Origin: Eukaryota sp. TZLM1-RC
Taxonomy: Eukaryota; Protista; Metamonada: BaSk clade
Length of the DNA stretch: 64,000 nt
Assembly (NCBI GenBank): GCA_040285825.1
Contig: JAUPSS010000008.1
Location: 930,001 to 994,000 of the forward strand
Direction: 5' to 3'
How positions within the stretch are numbered: position 1 is the first letter of the stretch; each line of letters begins with the position of its first letter. The notes beneath the pieces were generated by a model. It searched no databases and was not told the DNA's origin. It saw nothing but the letters and a program-made list of their open reading frames with translations. This document shows positions 58,101 to 63,748 of the stretch, piece by piece. A program made the position numbers and the translations under genes.

Positions 58101-58826
58101 GTTGTTGGTATTAGTTTAGAACCTAGAGTAATTCCAATTGAAACCAAAGACTACTTGCCATTAATTCTGACTGTGGTAGCTTTTGGAGGAGGGCTCTTTT
58201 TTGTTTACTTTTTGGCTCGCCAATTCAGCAAGTTAAAATTAAAAATGAGATTATCAAAAGATATGGATTCTGTCATCAAGACAAAGGCTTCCAAGTTAAC
58301 AGAATTACAGGATTCATCTAATCCAACAGTTGCATTCCCTCTTAATTCTGATGCTCTCTCTCTATTTCCCAATCTCTCGACATGGTATGCCTCCAATAAA
58401 CACTCAATCAGTAGAAGTAGATCTAATTCTCAATCTACTTTACCTTCATTACCTAGTCTCTCAAGAAATCGTTCTTCGCATAAGGTTTCCTTTGCACAGT
58501 CTTCAAACAGTTCCTCCCAATCCAAGCTCTCCACAAGTACTTCGAAACCTGCGTTGAAGAAATTACCTCCCTTGCCCACTGTGGGTCAAGGATCGAGGCA
58601 CGCAGTTTCTTTGAGCAAAACAGTTGATACTACTGGAAGAGAATCAGCAGCAGAGGTGTCGAAAACTCTGCCTCCTGTCCGCAATGCCCAAAACAGGCTC
58701 AAGAGAGCATCCAATCTTCTTGGAGCACAAAGATCTGCTCTTAATCTTGATGCATTATCTCCATCTAATAATTCTGAATTGCCAGGTGTTGTAGATTTGT
58801 TGAATAGTTTTGAATCTTCCAAGTAG
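34104..58826 (+). CDS. Giant 8240-aa type I membrane/surface protein (beta-helix/adhesin-like repeats, EGF, LamG-like, EGF+PSI, TM)
   Basis: Uninterrupted 24.7-kb ORF with a signal peptide and G/S/N/T/V-rich beta-strand repeats. Tandem EGF at ~37960-38135; LamG-like WNFYSIVFD..FVNGE..LEIG..LRVYERPLS at ~47620-48090; CHCDYGWVAMDC and CDTCTSISYCGW at ~56455-56670; TM at ~58160-58220; Ser-rich cytoplasmic tail. Confidence 0.9.
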   Translation: MAAPRLLLAVYFLLVLDLCFASSKLEILSTFSVTGGDFGDSSAPCVEDELGVLDFTGGSSSSFNCYKLTVADGSSISSPLSFERHSALIVPVNATVELTGSNSRTFSESDSARPSSLIIHGTLKVTGSATFNVGIFTHLSESGSIEVDSGTLELNGGSSLYGNVVVSDSGTFETSGSDLHSIFGNVSGSGSVVFTSVVNFYGTLNLDPSGSTSVDGSDAELHLIGTDYIVDWLDDVLVAPVADIISFGESKPLEILNGALLNLTNHNVTISALLVTDGAVEVYGNVSFNSFEGLAGSIYNEGIVEFSPSSVLNIGESDSVFEFQGLGNYRLFSPTILNGGTLSISGDTFLGFHNTVDTSADTSITGDGKLVFEKDSIVEFTNDVDISCLLINYGFVLIDSLDCSFGHGENHANITLTENSVLSIGSLIDPFTFSHSSFVVETGSSTILATIGSLIVQGVLGVSTIGAESDGHFELWNGGFNYYDLKVNQSPTLLLTKEPNLSCLYGTIELNGFNLSVESVLFGDEEDCSIVGDGALVVVNNDFTWPRGTLGPGVSLEFAEACTSSISGSVGLSIMDDCLITNHGSLTIDCPSLTVTSESLFVLFNTGSLTLRRGNLVSSGGTVPRIHSTGSLSKISTNAQNVYWKVLHNNTETASFGGIVHFREDSEIYSPISISNNFDMRAKVTLHGDISGSGTLRCFSDCWINNSVVTTTLYVGSNSDLNCYGCHIQNSDQPTFASSHTANLVLGDGALFDNYDHYTGIISYNHLIVRKMGDNKPSVINKLQRFYSHPAVTIEEGTVLEINHLPNDDKLQRGSLVGGGTLVFNSETIFDTSDSRIGLEVTAIFNDGGLLERGKVEQCSSCDFVVNHGTFRFGVSGIISSLENGRFIIIESAASAERPTHLADLSDYNLIVYGNLDFGSSLTLSPINPSFTVSNGTMKFSSLTLSQHATLITTNYFEVTGTLRLDDHSILGINSFDSSINTLNYLSSTSTFWVSLTSVSINSVQNSNFFSPSSIDISAYFGNFTLTRSSIAIEGEASVSGSSLSFDTDGTIEGFGSLTFNDSVSINSDCNIVGFPTLLFKKDSSCSSCSFTGSIALVSNSLFTFSGTSSFSSNSVMKGTDFDISPSSSIQIDGLFYISNSISVAGDLTLANPLVADSITVSFEGTITSPDVVLSGCDVNLNGGSLVTMLHLMNCDVYSISSSSITEFYLDSSSRLIIDVGSSTPLVTTSASWFAGSAEITLTETLSNDVTIPLVTGSIYGKLSDNLSTQGSYLEHSSSQLSLKTSICLNGCSSNGVCDSGTCTCDTGFAGNDCSLSTNCDGKGVDLLGHCYCIDDNYGTSCSSTSGSVTITALTGSIDWFNTNSWSTTTIPRVIDSVVIDNADSSVSLGDIAFVESIEISNGVLEVSNTGILVVNGHLLLNGGTLSGEGTIYLSPTASFDVSGGSLSVNTLIVPNSFNLNTNILVSGSTIITDSCTLDSGSFDLENSLLSCKTVSAINSVSLTGDSTIYSSSTLTSTSDLLIEPFLVLNQAVLGANSLFLNLITVLGSIDYNSNRLTIGGNGFLFDSKALGLGPFELSNFNGFLSSSFKLEAGSLSARDSSFTWSRLESPVLFHLISCTIDFALPTVTELAKVESIDSTISAVSLTASEVFLNASTLSSPVLSTPLFTGYDSAVSSSFGLITSFNSHKTTLDGFNNIDILSVGHFVSNADYLFAETVSLAPDSVFEIDGEFEFLGPVSISGNVSFICTPSSKLIINALSIVTLTNADLCFSDCNVLFYGQITASNSILSGSAVFTGDGLIDANLSTLDGADLVFDGSRFVQAASINIKNNVHFIDTSLNNLSITTENPSLVEFTECKGVASLLELDGKVSGDYIQTESLVLNINSEIEGITLDVNVLTTVNNPSVALASESTLLTFDLTHTLPDLTITGPDESLLVVHNDLTLPASSFLNLDIPSVLGDVSVGDSVVIFNKDAVLNRKLSIGTGSNVTINSKLSIVDGEMSGVGDLFVNGDLEVLNSIFSIVGTISLSPSSALLVDDHSDCTVTTINIDDATAEFGTHCIINNLYSISATININELVLLYVTESTLLTDSKFIGEGFGFFYNSIDITTDLTVTATSLSFANSSVLFNGDLTLASAATLTFDSSSVVTVSSAEFTQSDGDSKLVINGHVDVTSPSFSFSNNLFGYGVLNFISTDLSLSGSGIFDGNLSMSDGSIDIVSPSSHIFVGSFVTFGSTSFTVTSGSVEIGGEFEHLNSLILNGGDLLLTVLNPSPGCSMVSINNDAELRISMPVEFADLVLSDTAKLTGTNRLKIYNSFHFNGGSISLTTLHLPSTSQFNLETTTTKSISGCNIFNNGTINFISGSIDSCSNSIIDSSGTLQTLSSAFTMTVSTSCVVINRNLIDIPTSSSLSFGFRMENLDVVTVDGSLSLRGGGFTTNSMSSYLGSSIDHFSNTFTYLNTSSTDYQGSVKVSSGHVQVIGNLTSTEEVEVADGTLTLKPITASSDVHFLVSGGELSIPFNLSLTQITATAGRISVDSTLDLANLITSGGTISGDGVVNVLSVSQTSSTTYSSLKMNVLDYIVLQGGTLSGSSSFELVINQDARLIDSYSSSGSISGTTCSLVNLGNITTSSTFSISFSIVNYGDLNVVSSTLTVSRSVNNYGNITIEEPSTLSLTGVDHFNYGLISTYGSLSLSSTLVNYCPGIVHASPSGSISGSFDNRCELKVQCPAAFEVGSGDTFEVNYPVDVCSLRIVSTGSVEVNSQLIVREDLEVIHGTLTNNAHIEVGNDFNFLRGTLNGDGFTFVNETLLFDSTSTKTLQDSHRFIVSNQALWSSGQITITSHEASIIVMKGAVFTIDADSSTLTTSTSSNTEARIINYGTLTKVGSNANNNYFAIDNHGLVLVEAGILRFYSGGLSTGNYSIYTGSTLDLRSDTFYFSRESVVEGDGSLIFNSGASELYGYLDMASVTVSGATLNLYPSLVFSPRMYNDVVLSITSGNCNLVELYNYTMINVHVSSSGTFTLSNSFIDIEQFTINNEVRGNGRIDINDLMEVSNSADINGNLYFKILNELKVDSTNNVVIHNTIIDIIGEFHYIRGNVFTDHSVWNNYGTTLFEQTHTMSCSSSSGHFYNYGLVIGSSSNTATVNIFFHNHGLVEVHSGTLNLGLTDSQQFDTQSTGEFVVSESCTLGLSIRTYTESCLIHGEGNVDFIQRYPSQFYGVYNISGSTTIDAQDNSGTFLFIPHEPFLNLVDSVFKYNVTARVLNLGQSVTVTRSLLNVSNHEIHIPHLTINNENGRFGFESTVFVDHVSVTGNGTFVGTRGVLSVNESFTATTGQVEGVTVDLGELSVSDISISSNALVLDNAHLLVRGHLTTNIRHFNVDGSSITIATTGTLHLDCIGYCNIQSSHGTTGKVSNYGALLIDSTSNFFMRVPLELFSGSFYNVTSGTHDWLDDVVDYGSTIFIGSSVNFWARNGHLQSSRRFVKLGGNFINTNRFAIHRTTAQITANFYSSGFIYSFHDRPVSSSITQLNSDGNIGHVNFCGRLSLSGVGFMESITFHSAWPTSSYNCLSSNDNYLSGNPNFLTVLNDFNYRNGTIEFSSIDSTLVLGGTSYFGQSSYLNELHFNRGSLMVNGTGEYQRNLNFNIEEDAKLINLRSGSFTVSGGTNRHFQSNNNPGFIINYGTWIDEPSSSILQYQVDFHNFGLFEKRGSVISRIHTLRNFTNHANATLEIYSSILCFDGSSAIHGTVEAIGGQLSFYNKVHTFHWDSTLLGSTDSITLESGDLFFYGTVDLTNGLDIFLVNSGTLHWKAHTAILGSGSVRVNDGTVYVNTTLEGIPTFLVVGGLLDFGSTKPQIRHSILSGGTVRSGSDVFVVDEFIFAGGDFYSYGHMIVEAKSTVSFDVASDNLATVSELRILNYGRVLFNGGQSVGSHSLLVNHNLFETVSSDGNFVLPIHNFGYLNQTTASSTSYLSDRVTNYNTITSVDGTLKLNGGVTNYGGFVVYPAAVLDFSDGDTSLFEGTTLAGSGDVFFSGGYVDVLCPPLDVEIDILFINGGTVNFHCSEFTFTDLLLSDGALHVANRMTVSRTFFLSGGLLSDVGTLTTPDLQVDSPSTKEISSTTIKVLDTGLVAEGTLIARDGAIINNTASSLFTFTGNEFSEIVDGGGVRSELINDGTIVKDTTPSPVIVGVYLDNFGLVESNFGNISFAGGSNHFGEFKANQDAILSLSGGAHELLPDALVSGDGTFSIDGVAEVQCRNNFYMGDDSVVYQTGGISVFDSGFDVSNDQTLFHLKDGTMRFIGSDGSMSVSSLLIEGGKLYVPAELTVRSDVDQTGGLFSTSGITEIQGTYTLNTGEVSGSGTLNVDGHFNWYNGLFSGQGATNFFSSSEWVSAGMKEIDERFVENFGDITIFDGHIYGSRGAIFINAPNATIDLGNVDWLVNEGTALIRNFGNITKEDFLIEHSNGFCYSPRLHGKFSPYSDSSNLFVNDYVLNLINGVFTVDGIRDTSFNSGLSITGWTRREFRNDSTLEYRGSFGYSDLLRVGFSDSYLYSDPDSLWFYGDVVHSSYQTELESASINSKLNDITLSATNDHDSWNFYSIVFDSGQFRTFVNGEPVSSEILSGSFPVSTNQTLEIGDFESMFELEKLRVYERPLSSPEIYNIYTAELSELENNLPIVTNTEDGLIGYYTFADPNLPFTALGHCDTLSPPGSVNTRYSRTRIEWVIENRETIAANNGSVEFLGGGASTGLLSSLSTGSFLFGNERVTLAGRIDTAEAIVIDSGDHEIRTDMRVVILQEGGTLRLTPRVTPCPEPGDEIVAPKIVLDGGELIVPRPLDPSKNCYHLQELTIFSGTLTCQGDLTVLDFMHMHDGFANVDGALTVNTEFLLYGGVVDGVGQITSTHHLDWADGIIKGAGGSLVLYNNVTISSDGDRILEQRHVTIKPDTIFSWDYGNWTMLGGPVIDNYGTMLLNKEFLVLESPPNTSPPVLKNYHQIVINSQEAFIYLYIDNTADAELVVTTGETYMLTGGTLRGQLYTAYNASLIFPSVGDSSSRVYFAENSWLVGQGTVLFDGSDIDAYGVFNMTGDAAKIIARNGNVWFRPSSLIASTAPLIVDGADVDFSGGVHTVTNIIVLDGNVYIDADFTVTMNLQLYGGKFELDGDLEVVDGTFSLYGGTIGGMSDIVLRDTVNSTWSCTSDTSGGVFVGYGVTRVFGTIFIEGECPKAWSRRRIRLYGDSYWSGGYIDATEDGSLLVRAGATLHSLNQNSISMDGAFRNDGTVYAYDSLDVISQVIADANSVFAAYNGTSRFLDGGQLPGTIFLDHNTELVFLSGLFHMDRSALFIGNGTIYFEDSYCTFLGKVESMEVIVNGGNVAFRAPAVLDNCHSQLLINEGDVSFEMSETRNVIDVCVLSITGGSVLQRWGLDLFVQDLFTITGGQFEILGQVVSGSHGSFNFFDGIITGSGYTTVYGSSNWTCTEFRGNEGNSLFYDEVFIYDFCPKKIDQRTLSFYDLASWSDGHLALSNRATLDCRGTFSVNQDNFITDHRPQPDHYSQVRVESQLDVVFQLRVDAYFVNVHKTLISEGIELTLTGGGEFYGTLSGELDSLVTLNQGHFTAHPESRFIDALNIKLTETAVTDLRGFMNITGSISIDDGELNLFYQSEWAPSVYLYIYGGLVNVQREIFDIYLVTASSFIISGGRLHIHDDVLFRLNGFLNSTGGRISTGEFSSSTFYDFNFIDGLIDGRRGNVIVENVFNYWKGRMEGSMYEGDGAVTVTGLLNILGTDPKVVEDRHLILSGNGTWFDSDLEFSGQARFIIDSSGYLTVELENSRSFKGNNVNPRFVNRGVLNVTTNSELLSFEGTSEHLGLSVFYGNVDFISRNHLFSQNLLINEHSVLTFKGGVSDFQSSSFTNSFGHLIIQSGTVSFSGLVVSNSSSIFRISGGSVNFVSNAIFNNELSSVLTIENGAVNIPPSSSPLVDHLLLTGGDFSVDGQLQVSQSLTMQDVADFNGDGNVKLLNTSYFAWNGGHFSGGNGHLDSFGHVSINTVSSTGFWQLLIHNFGELRGTDVNFNSNGRIIVQDSATFNVSCADCALNHVDSQALEIFGTLNVLSSTNFNLFGFTSHLNSFILFSNTVSTIVFDSSHSGFVKIIDTVLSLDGPSNTHQVSSSGVYSIEESSELLIDSTDVLLKGLVNSTGDGRFVITNGFISFTDQGEFYGSQPLLLQQSLLSVPDVHSNGVVNLISADDSLIEVYGTLTITNKTYSTGALWLSLSDHSSISILGGSQFTDSIVSGIGVFTNHGHLHSISLSFGGKIVSKTDLTLNANDELNLFNNATFNDASNNAWIKIKNGGTVQTITESGSETAFIQRVSVEEGQFTVDTNTNVCVFHQLSGVVSINPSNQLDITCNSHLEGGLLTGGGYLLGNISFNLAESSILALDTIMDVSLDSDLSVETGTLELLPGFKQLNDQVALVVDNGSLFKLSICDSSQAAIQNLLIINGTVLNTCPAFVNHLVLNGVDAKFIDEGGVLVNNFNGSGGVVNISETVFTITNLAECHNFTLYSSSNSPIVSMVDFSVFDHCHLNSPISAPLINTQTHNSLITFGEYFSIWDNTQIEITVGELLVDPTQSMFNLSDVKVSNYGNASILSGISLQSSKFEVDSNGVLNIGFSSNVSSIELIVNDASITNHGRVESDSATLTDSVVSGNGNLDLVDAYFGSNVEFRSQFVEILQNGDLLSPMTIDLFDSTFTVGSSSTFSLDEQASFATNGDSLLIINGQMDISADLRVEQIEVDGLVTISSGTTTIHGPSLNKGSYSIGFGGVVDFTSNSHILVSDNQCLQNMGTLIFSSTINLNCTIDHSSSSELSILGTLNILSGGSIENPNSNVHNQGILSINSTISPVITSLSLGTSSTTFGSLLFCVDQLSLLSGQLIGSHVLVNHYTQWDSSLLIDSFLEINDFDLVNSITKNLTNSTIKTLGLVQVSNGAVFADTTSSFVVSSSSTIDFVECSTISSASSSNDFVFILYGTLLHDGDCTTRISNSLFKAGSQSTISLGTIILDSLGDVYGNFAVDSSLYFEHGIFNVNGSIDGSGQLNGHHSYTLFDTVPSISSIYLDNSLFNFATTTTNLGYYDSSSSVSQFIGAVSFVHLNCLDSQLAFTDATASSNQFDNNDCFFNLTNSDYSLLTDFSLNSPLTITGNGTFDVDSGVSIIWSSGDFIINDSATLLIQDQASIISSCSVCNFFSTQLAYIDNYGLLNFESSTDVYVEPFIRNLNDIYLCRTKFEPSKFGFINNGTINSCSTHDSTIVLSSSQVDFISPISFNGLVINNGANTTINHGFDVPLLVSGGSVTVNEGVVINQQVTVDISCEDFAVDEYTLHQDDFWDNYCFAQGFYMMNDTQFDVVEIQRGLISAQGEVFVNAIFKQTESSLVHVADNSTIYLIPGPFYRQVGFISGFGFIELLNGWCNWQGCHCDYGWVAMDCSVTCTNFTTCDTCTSISYCGWGAEADLCEVAQDDGTPANVDFQDWYHGSCEGCTLLNEEAISSENISIGVSSGSRGIMFQIAVPYVRNSWTWYLDFTQFNNGTDSITSSSQCSNKDPSAMNSLDRSLFNRSAPHALLTASLNNDYYPAFSHTNIWSQYALSCSLIGLELLIDPLDLFQCTHSSGEYQVDIVPYDDTPFIDVQGNLYAQLISPDLTGNEPDSLSTFDHAEFWFQYTVSVTKFELWGQCDSSRNCLTRHPFPIGNVLSTWTVDGDQVSLTIEFSTSADLAELLATPFNNSMDLERKSRSSYKLESLSPVTSSETFQFFGNYLVKSNEDSVLFSFKVGMARLGSPFDSKSITGVFVSNNSPSNIAEATSVDRSSFYPGPYFTGDYLYVRSFVELSSDLMVITDNMKLSTSIKGAYLCRNSRPVVYEPKDGHYGCLSSTGEPLDETLSIIHDFEADEFFVVEFFETNSELANLIVSTANKNSHLLVNGFSFVSPDIQEGGIYYLHVDTVVENSIDNTPISINSVVGISLEPRVIPIETKDYLPLILTVVAFGGGLFFVYFLARQFSKLKLKMRLSKDMDSVIKTKASKLTELQDSSNPTVAFPLNSDALSLFPNLSTWYASNKHSISRSRSNSQSTLPSLPSLSRNRSSHKVSFAQSSNSSSQSKLSTSTSKPALKKLPPLPTVGQGSRHAVSLSKTVDTTGRESAAEVSKTLPPVRNAQNRLKRASNLLGAQRSALNLDALSPSNNSELPGVVDLLNSFESSK

Positions 58827-59065
58827 TTTTTGTACATTAAATTTTATAAATTTTTGTTTAATATTAATGTGTTTTCTTTTATTTAATTAAAAATAGGGCC
58901 AAAAATCAACTGATTGGTTTTCCACAAATACAGACTAATGGTTGTTTACTCTGGCGTTTTGTTGTGCAGCAGTTCATCTTATTGTTATTGTTTATTGTTA
59001 ATAGCGTTAAATGTACTTTGTTGTATGCTCAACAAAATGAAAGTTTACCTTGGTCACTCTTTATG

Positions 59066-59126
59066 TTGCTAAACTGTTGAACAAGGTTTTTTAACAACCA
59101 AACTTTCTGACTTTTACTTGTGAATA
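59066..59126 (-). mobile_element. Short relic of Fanzor family 2
   Basis: WLLKNLVQQFSN matches 30740-30800 and 63480-63530 at the DNA level. Confidence 0.6.
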
Positions 59127-59852
59127 CTAGATTCACAATGAGACAGAAATAAGATATAAAGACGCCAAAATTGTTGAAGTTCTTCGTGCTTTTACTTAAA
59201 TGTAATTTTGAGTTGTACACTAGATTTCAACTGGAATAATAAGGGTTGCTGAGTGACGTTCATACGACGTGTGACAAACGACGTTAATTCTATATCAAAT
59301 ACTTCTCGGTCATTACAGTGTGCCTGAAAGCATTATCTAACGAAGAACGATAAGTTTTTAACTTGGAACAATTTAAAGCATTTGACCTAAGGTGAGCTGT
59401 GGTGAATTAGAACAAATACATGTTTCTTTTAATAAAAGTTGATCAATGATAATATCAGACATAATCTCATTTTGTTACAAAAGTTTCGTTTTAGACAATA
59501 TGATGATCTGTTCCTCGCACAAAACATTTCATAATGCTAGTGAATGAAGATCTTGGTCTAGGACAGCTGAGTTGCAGAAATATTGAAAAGGATCACGATG
59601 TTTTCCCTAATCACTCAATGGCAATATTCCCGAAAAGATATATTTAAATTTAAAATACACTCTTCGAACAATACGGAAACGACTGACTGGAATGTATGAA
59701 AATCATCGATCCTGATAGAAACAAATGTAGCTCGACTGTTTTAAATCAAGATCTCCACTCATTGAAAAATTCTTTGTTAGAAGGAAATTGATAACATCTC
59801 TTCTTGGATCATAATTAAAGTGCTTCTGTCCTATCCATTCACTGCCATCAGC

Positions 59853-60851
59853 ATGGGTTTTCTTTTCTTTGGGAGATCCTCTTCTCCCAACCTCCAGGAT
59901 AGTTTAGGTAATAACTGTACAAAATTATGCAGGTCTCTTCGATTAAATCCTGTACCATTACTCAACATCATATCTGAACTGTCTTATGAACACTTTCAAA
60001 CCTTAGCTGATTTCATCTTTGATGTTGTTTTTGCTGATTGCACACTTGACTTTGACACTATTGAATCATCCCAGCCATTTCTAGACTTTTGCCTAACTTT
60101 GTTTGACACTGAAATCTGTGCATCCCCTGAATCCTTCCTTAGATCAAACACTGTGGCCTCAAAACTTCTCTCCCGCTTCTTTTCATCTCCTTCAATCAAT
60201 TCCTTCCTAGCACGGGCTCTCTCACCCATCATACATGAACTCTCAACTGACCAAGATCCCGACTACATTTACCTAGCTGAACGTGTAATCTCTCTCATCC
60301 ACAGTCCCCATAATCTCGCTAGTATTTCCCCTTGTGTTGTGTACCTTGCTCAAGGGATACGTAAATTGTTAATTAAGTATCGGGTAACAGAAAACAGAAG
60401 AATTGCTCTATTTGGTGCTTTTGTCTTTCTTCGATACGTGAACCCTGGACTCTTGTTCAGTAATTTTAGTATAAAAGAGGATTCAGATAAGGATCTTCGC
60501 CAAAAAAAAGTTAAGTTGTGTAAAGTTTTGCAATTGGTAGCCAATACTGAAAAGACTCAATCCACTACTCTTTCTAAACATGGAGATGTTGATGTAGAAA
60601 AGGTAAAAGAACTACAATCGTTGTTGACTGGGCTTCTTGTCGATCTTGTTAACCAAGAGATTGATTACGACACTACAGTTGCCTCTGGAGCATTGGTTTC
60701 AGCCAGCAAAGTGGCCGATTTTCTGACGTTTTGTCATCTTTTTAATCGTCAATTACCAAAGAATTTGGTAAAGTTTTTACCCTCTTTAAGAATGCTTAAC
60801 AAGCTAAGAAAGGGTAACTTGAACACCAATGTTAGGTTGAACTTAATGTAG
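59853..60851 (+). CDS. RasGAP-domain protein
   Basis: Arginine-finger FLRSNTVASKLL, GAFVFLRYVNPGL and KLCKVLQLVAN motifs. Confidence 0.85.
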   Translation: MGFLFFGRSSSPNLQDSLGNNCTKLCRSLRLNPVPLLNIISELSYEHFQTLADFIFDVVFADCTLDFDTIESSQPFLDFCLTLFDTEICASPESFLRSNTVASKLLSRFFSSPSINSFLARALSPIIHELSTDQDPDYIYLAERVISLIHSPHNLASISPCVVYLAQGIRKLLIKYRVTENRRIALFGAFVFLRYVNPGLLFSNFSIKEDSDKDLRQKKVKLCKVLQLVANTEKTQSTTLSKHGDVDVEKVKELQSLLTGLLVDLVNQEIDYDTTVASGALVSASKVADFLTFCHLFNRQLPKNLVKFLPSLRMLNKLRKGNLNTNVRLNLM

Positions 60852-61749
60852 ATTTCTCTTGTATTTTAGTTTCTGTATAAATTTAAAATTATTTAATTTA
60901 TTAACTTATTATTGTTCATTGCTTCAAACATCAACTATGATTTTTGATGATCATTATCAGTATTAGTTTCAAGTTATTTCTTTTGAGTGGCAAACATTAT
61001 ATAAAATAGACATTAAAATTGGTAGTTAAAACTATGGTGTGATCCCTCCTTCCACTGTTTCCAAGAATGTTGTCATTAAAAGTGTAGTCTCATTGAAGGG
61101 AAGATGGACCAATTATTAGGTGTCAAAAATTTCTCCCTTATGGCCAAAAAATGCTCATTAGTCTATTTGAATCAATTTCTGTTGAAAAAAAAGAAAAAAA
61201 AACACAATGACATGAACCCAAACTATTATTTCAATGGTAAAACTTTCACCTACAATAAAGACCATGTACAAAAATCAACAATACTGTATTTGAAAACAAT
61301 TTGAAATTCTAATTCATATACAAAAAAGAGTACCGTGTGTTTGCTGAGGATGTCCCTACACGGTATCGGAAGAAGAATCAAACTAAAGGTAAACAAACCA
61401 TATGTATAGCAATATTTTTCATTTTGATTGGAATTTCCATTGTACCCCCATTTTCTCCAATGTTTCGTCAATCGCTTCTCATGTTGATCTTTGTTTCCAT
61501 CTCCATTCGCATCCCACACCCCCACTACGACTACTTCCACCACCACACCACCACTGTAATTTGTTCATTTACTGATCCCTTATTTACTGTTGATAATTCA
61601 GAGGTTATTTTTGCTGAACAATCACTCATCATTCTCAAACTCTTGTTGGTAATAACAATGCAGATGTTACCTTCTCTAATTTTGATGTGCTAAATTCACA
61701 AGCTTCGGGAAATGTTAAATTAACCAATTCTAAATTTACTACAACTAAA

Positions 61750-63733
61750 TAAGGTCCTGCTAAGTTGTGGTGGTTTTAAGCAAGTTGAAATCAAAGAACA
61801 CTAATCAAAATCTTCCTATGGTTATGTGTTTTGATCTTGAAACATATCAGGATAATTATTTTCACCAATATCAGGAAAATCAAGTTCTTCCTCCTAATCA
61901 GATCATCAACAAAAATAAGAAAAATGATTCAAATTTTTGGAAACAAAATGATGAAAAGTTGGATGAATGGATTTCAGATCAAAAAGTGTTTTTTACTTCG
62001 ATTATTATTGGTAGGATTGATCAACACAATTTCTTTTTGGAAAGCCAATATTCGTTACTATTGAAGAAGAGTTCCCAAATTACGTCTTTACATGAACTTG
62101 ATATGAATATTCAGGCAGAATTATTCTCTAATGAAGAAACTTTGCTTCACAGATCAAACGTTATTGGCAATTATCAACCATATTGTTTATTGAATCACAA
62201 TTTCATTAAATTTGAATTACAAGTATTGAAAAATCGATTCAATGCATTCAATTTACCATTACCCACTGTTCCAAATGATCCAATGGTGGATGTACTCAAT
62301 CAATTTTCACCAAGATGGAGAGAAGTTGTCATCAGGGAAAATGGCTTTTGTCTTTTAAATACACTGCTATTTGCCAAAAAATTTATTGAATTCCAATATG
62401 GACATGGCTTAGGCAATACCCAGTAATACTTACCAATTTTTGAGAATATTTTGGTATTTCCAGTGGTGAGAAATATAGTATAATTTTCATTTTCTTGCAG
62501 ACGCTGTTGAACAAAATTCTCAAGTATAACTAAAACCAGCAATTACAATTGTCCAATATATTTCCAGTAAAGAGAAAACCTTATCATATTTCTCCTGTTT
62601 CAACCACTGTAGACCCTGGATATTTTCCTATTGATACAAGAACAATATGGACAATTATTAGACAAACATTAATGGACGATTTGTTGCCTGATCAGAGATT
62701 AAAAATGGTCAATAATCAAGATCAAATCCATAGATTCAAACCACCTGAGCAATTTCACTTTTGGTCTAACAAAAGATTTATAAATTCAACAACATTATTC
62801 ACACAGATTGATTTAATATTGCAGTAGAATTTGTTCGTCAGGATTCACAAAATTAGAAATGTAAGCCAGACAACAAGGCTAGTATTTCTAATTTATATAT
62901 TGATGATGTTGATATTGAGACTTTTCAAGACAAATCAATTGTTGTTTGTGATCCTGGAAACATGATTTATTGTATTTTGAGAGTAAAAAAAACGGATCAA
63001 GAATTAGCCATGTTGCCTGAACATGAAACTGAACAGCAAAAAAATAGTCGGGTGATGAATCAAGAAAAGAAATACAAATGGTTGAGAATGGCTCAGATGT
63101 CCTGGTCTTTAAAAGTAGTATGAATGAAAAACAAAAACGATGGGTGACAATGTATACTGGGGTAGATTACAACAGGAACCAAATGATATAGTCTAACGAA
63201 ATGACAATTGAAGATGCAACCAATTCAGTTGCTGCCAATTCAAAATTGGAATTAATGAAAAACAAACAAAATGGGCGACCCAAAATACCGTGGCAGAGGA
63301 AGACAGTAACCAGACAATCGAAGATGCAAACACCGAATTATCCGCGTTTGCTGCCAATTCAGCAACTTTTATAGAGTTCTCAAACTTTGTGGTTGCCAAA
63401 CTTCGGCAAGTATTTTTGACAATAGACTGGTATATTCTTGACTTGTGGAGCATTCATAAAATGCAAGCTTTTATTCTCAAGCAAGAGACTAAAAGTTGGT
63501 TGTTAAAAAACCTTGTTCAAAAGTTTGGCAATCCAAAAGACACTTTTATACTAATGGGTGATTATGGTAAAAACGGTTCCAAGAATTTAAAACATCATCG
63601 ACCTACAAGAGGAATTGGATGGATTCAGTTTCTGAAGAGATATGGTTTTGAAGTATTGGTTATCAATGACGCATTGATTTCAGCAATATGTCCTGTTTGT
63701 TTTGAAAAAGTTGGAACTCCTTTGAGAATCAAC
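61750..63733 (+). pseudogene. Fanzor family 2 copy 2: exonuclease-Fanzor, internally deleted, chimeric and 3'-truncated
   Basis: NQNLPMVMCFDLETYQD...LLNHNFIKFELQVLKNR...GHGLGN jumps to HFLADAVE, then KPYHISPVSTT..GYFPIDTRT, VVCDPG, LMGDYGKNGSKNLKHHRPTRGIGW and INDALISAICPVC. Confidence 0.85.
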
Positions 63734-63748
63734 AACGTTCTTTTAAGA

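Noticed and set aside
34298-58837. Many short ORFs nested in or antisense to the giant gene
   Set aside because: They are shadow ORFs caused by codon bias and show no independent motifs.
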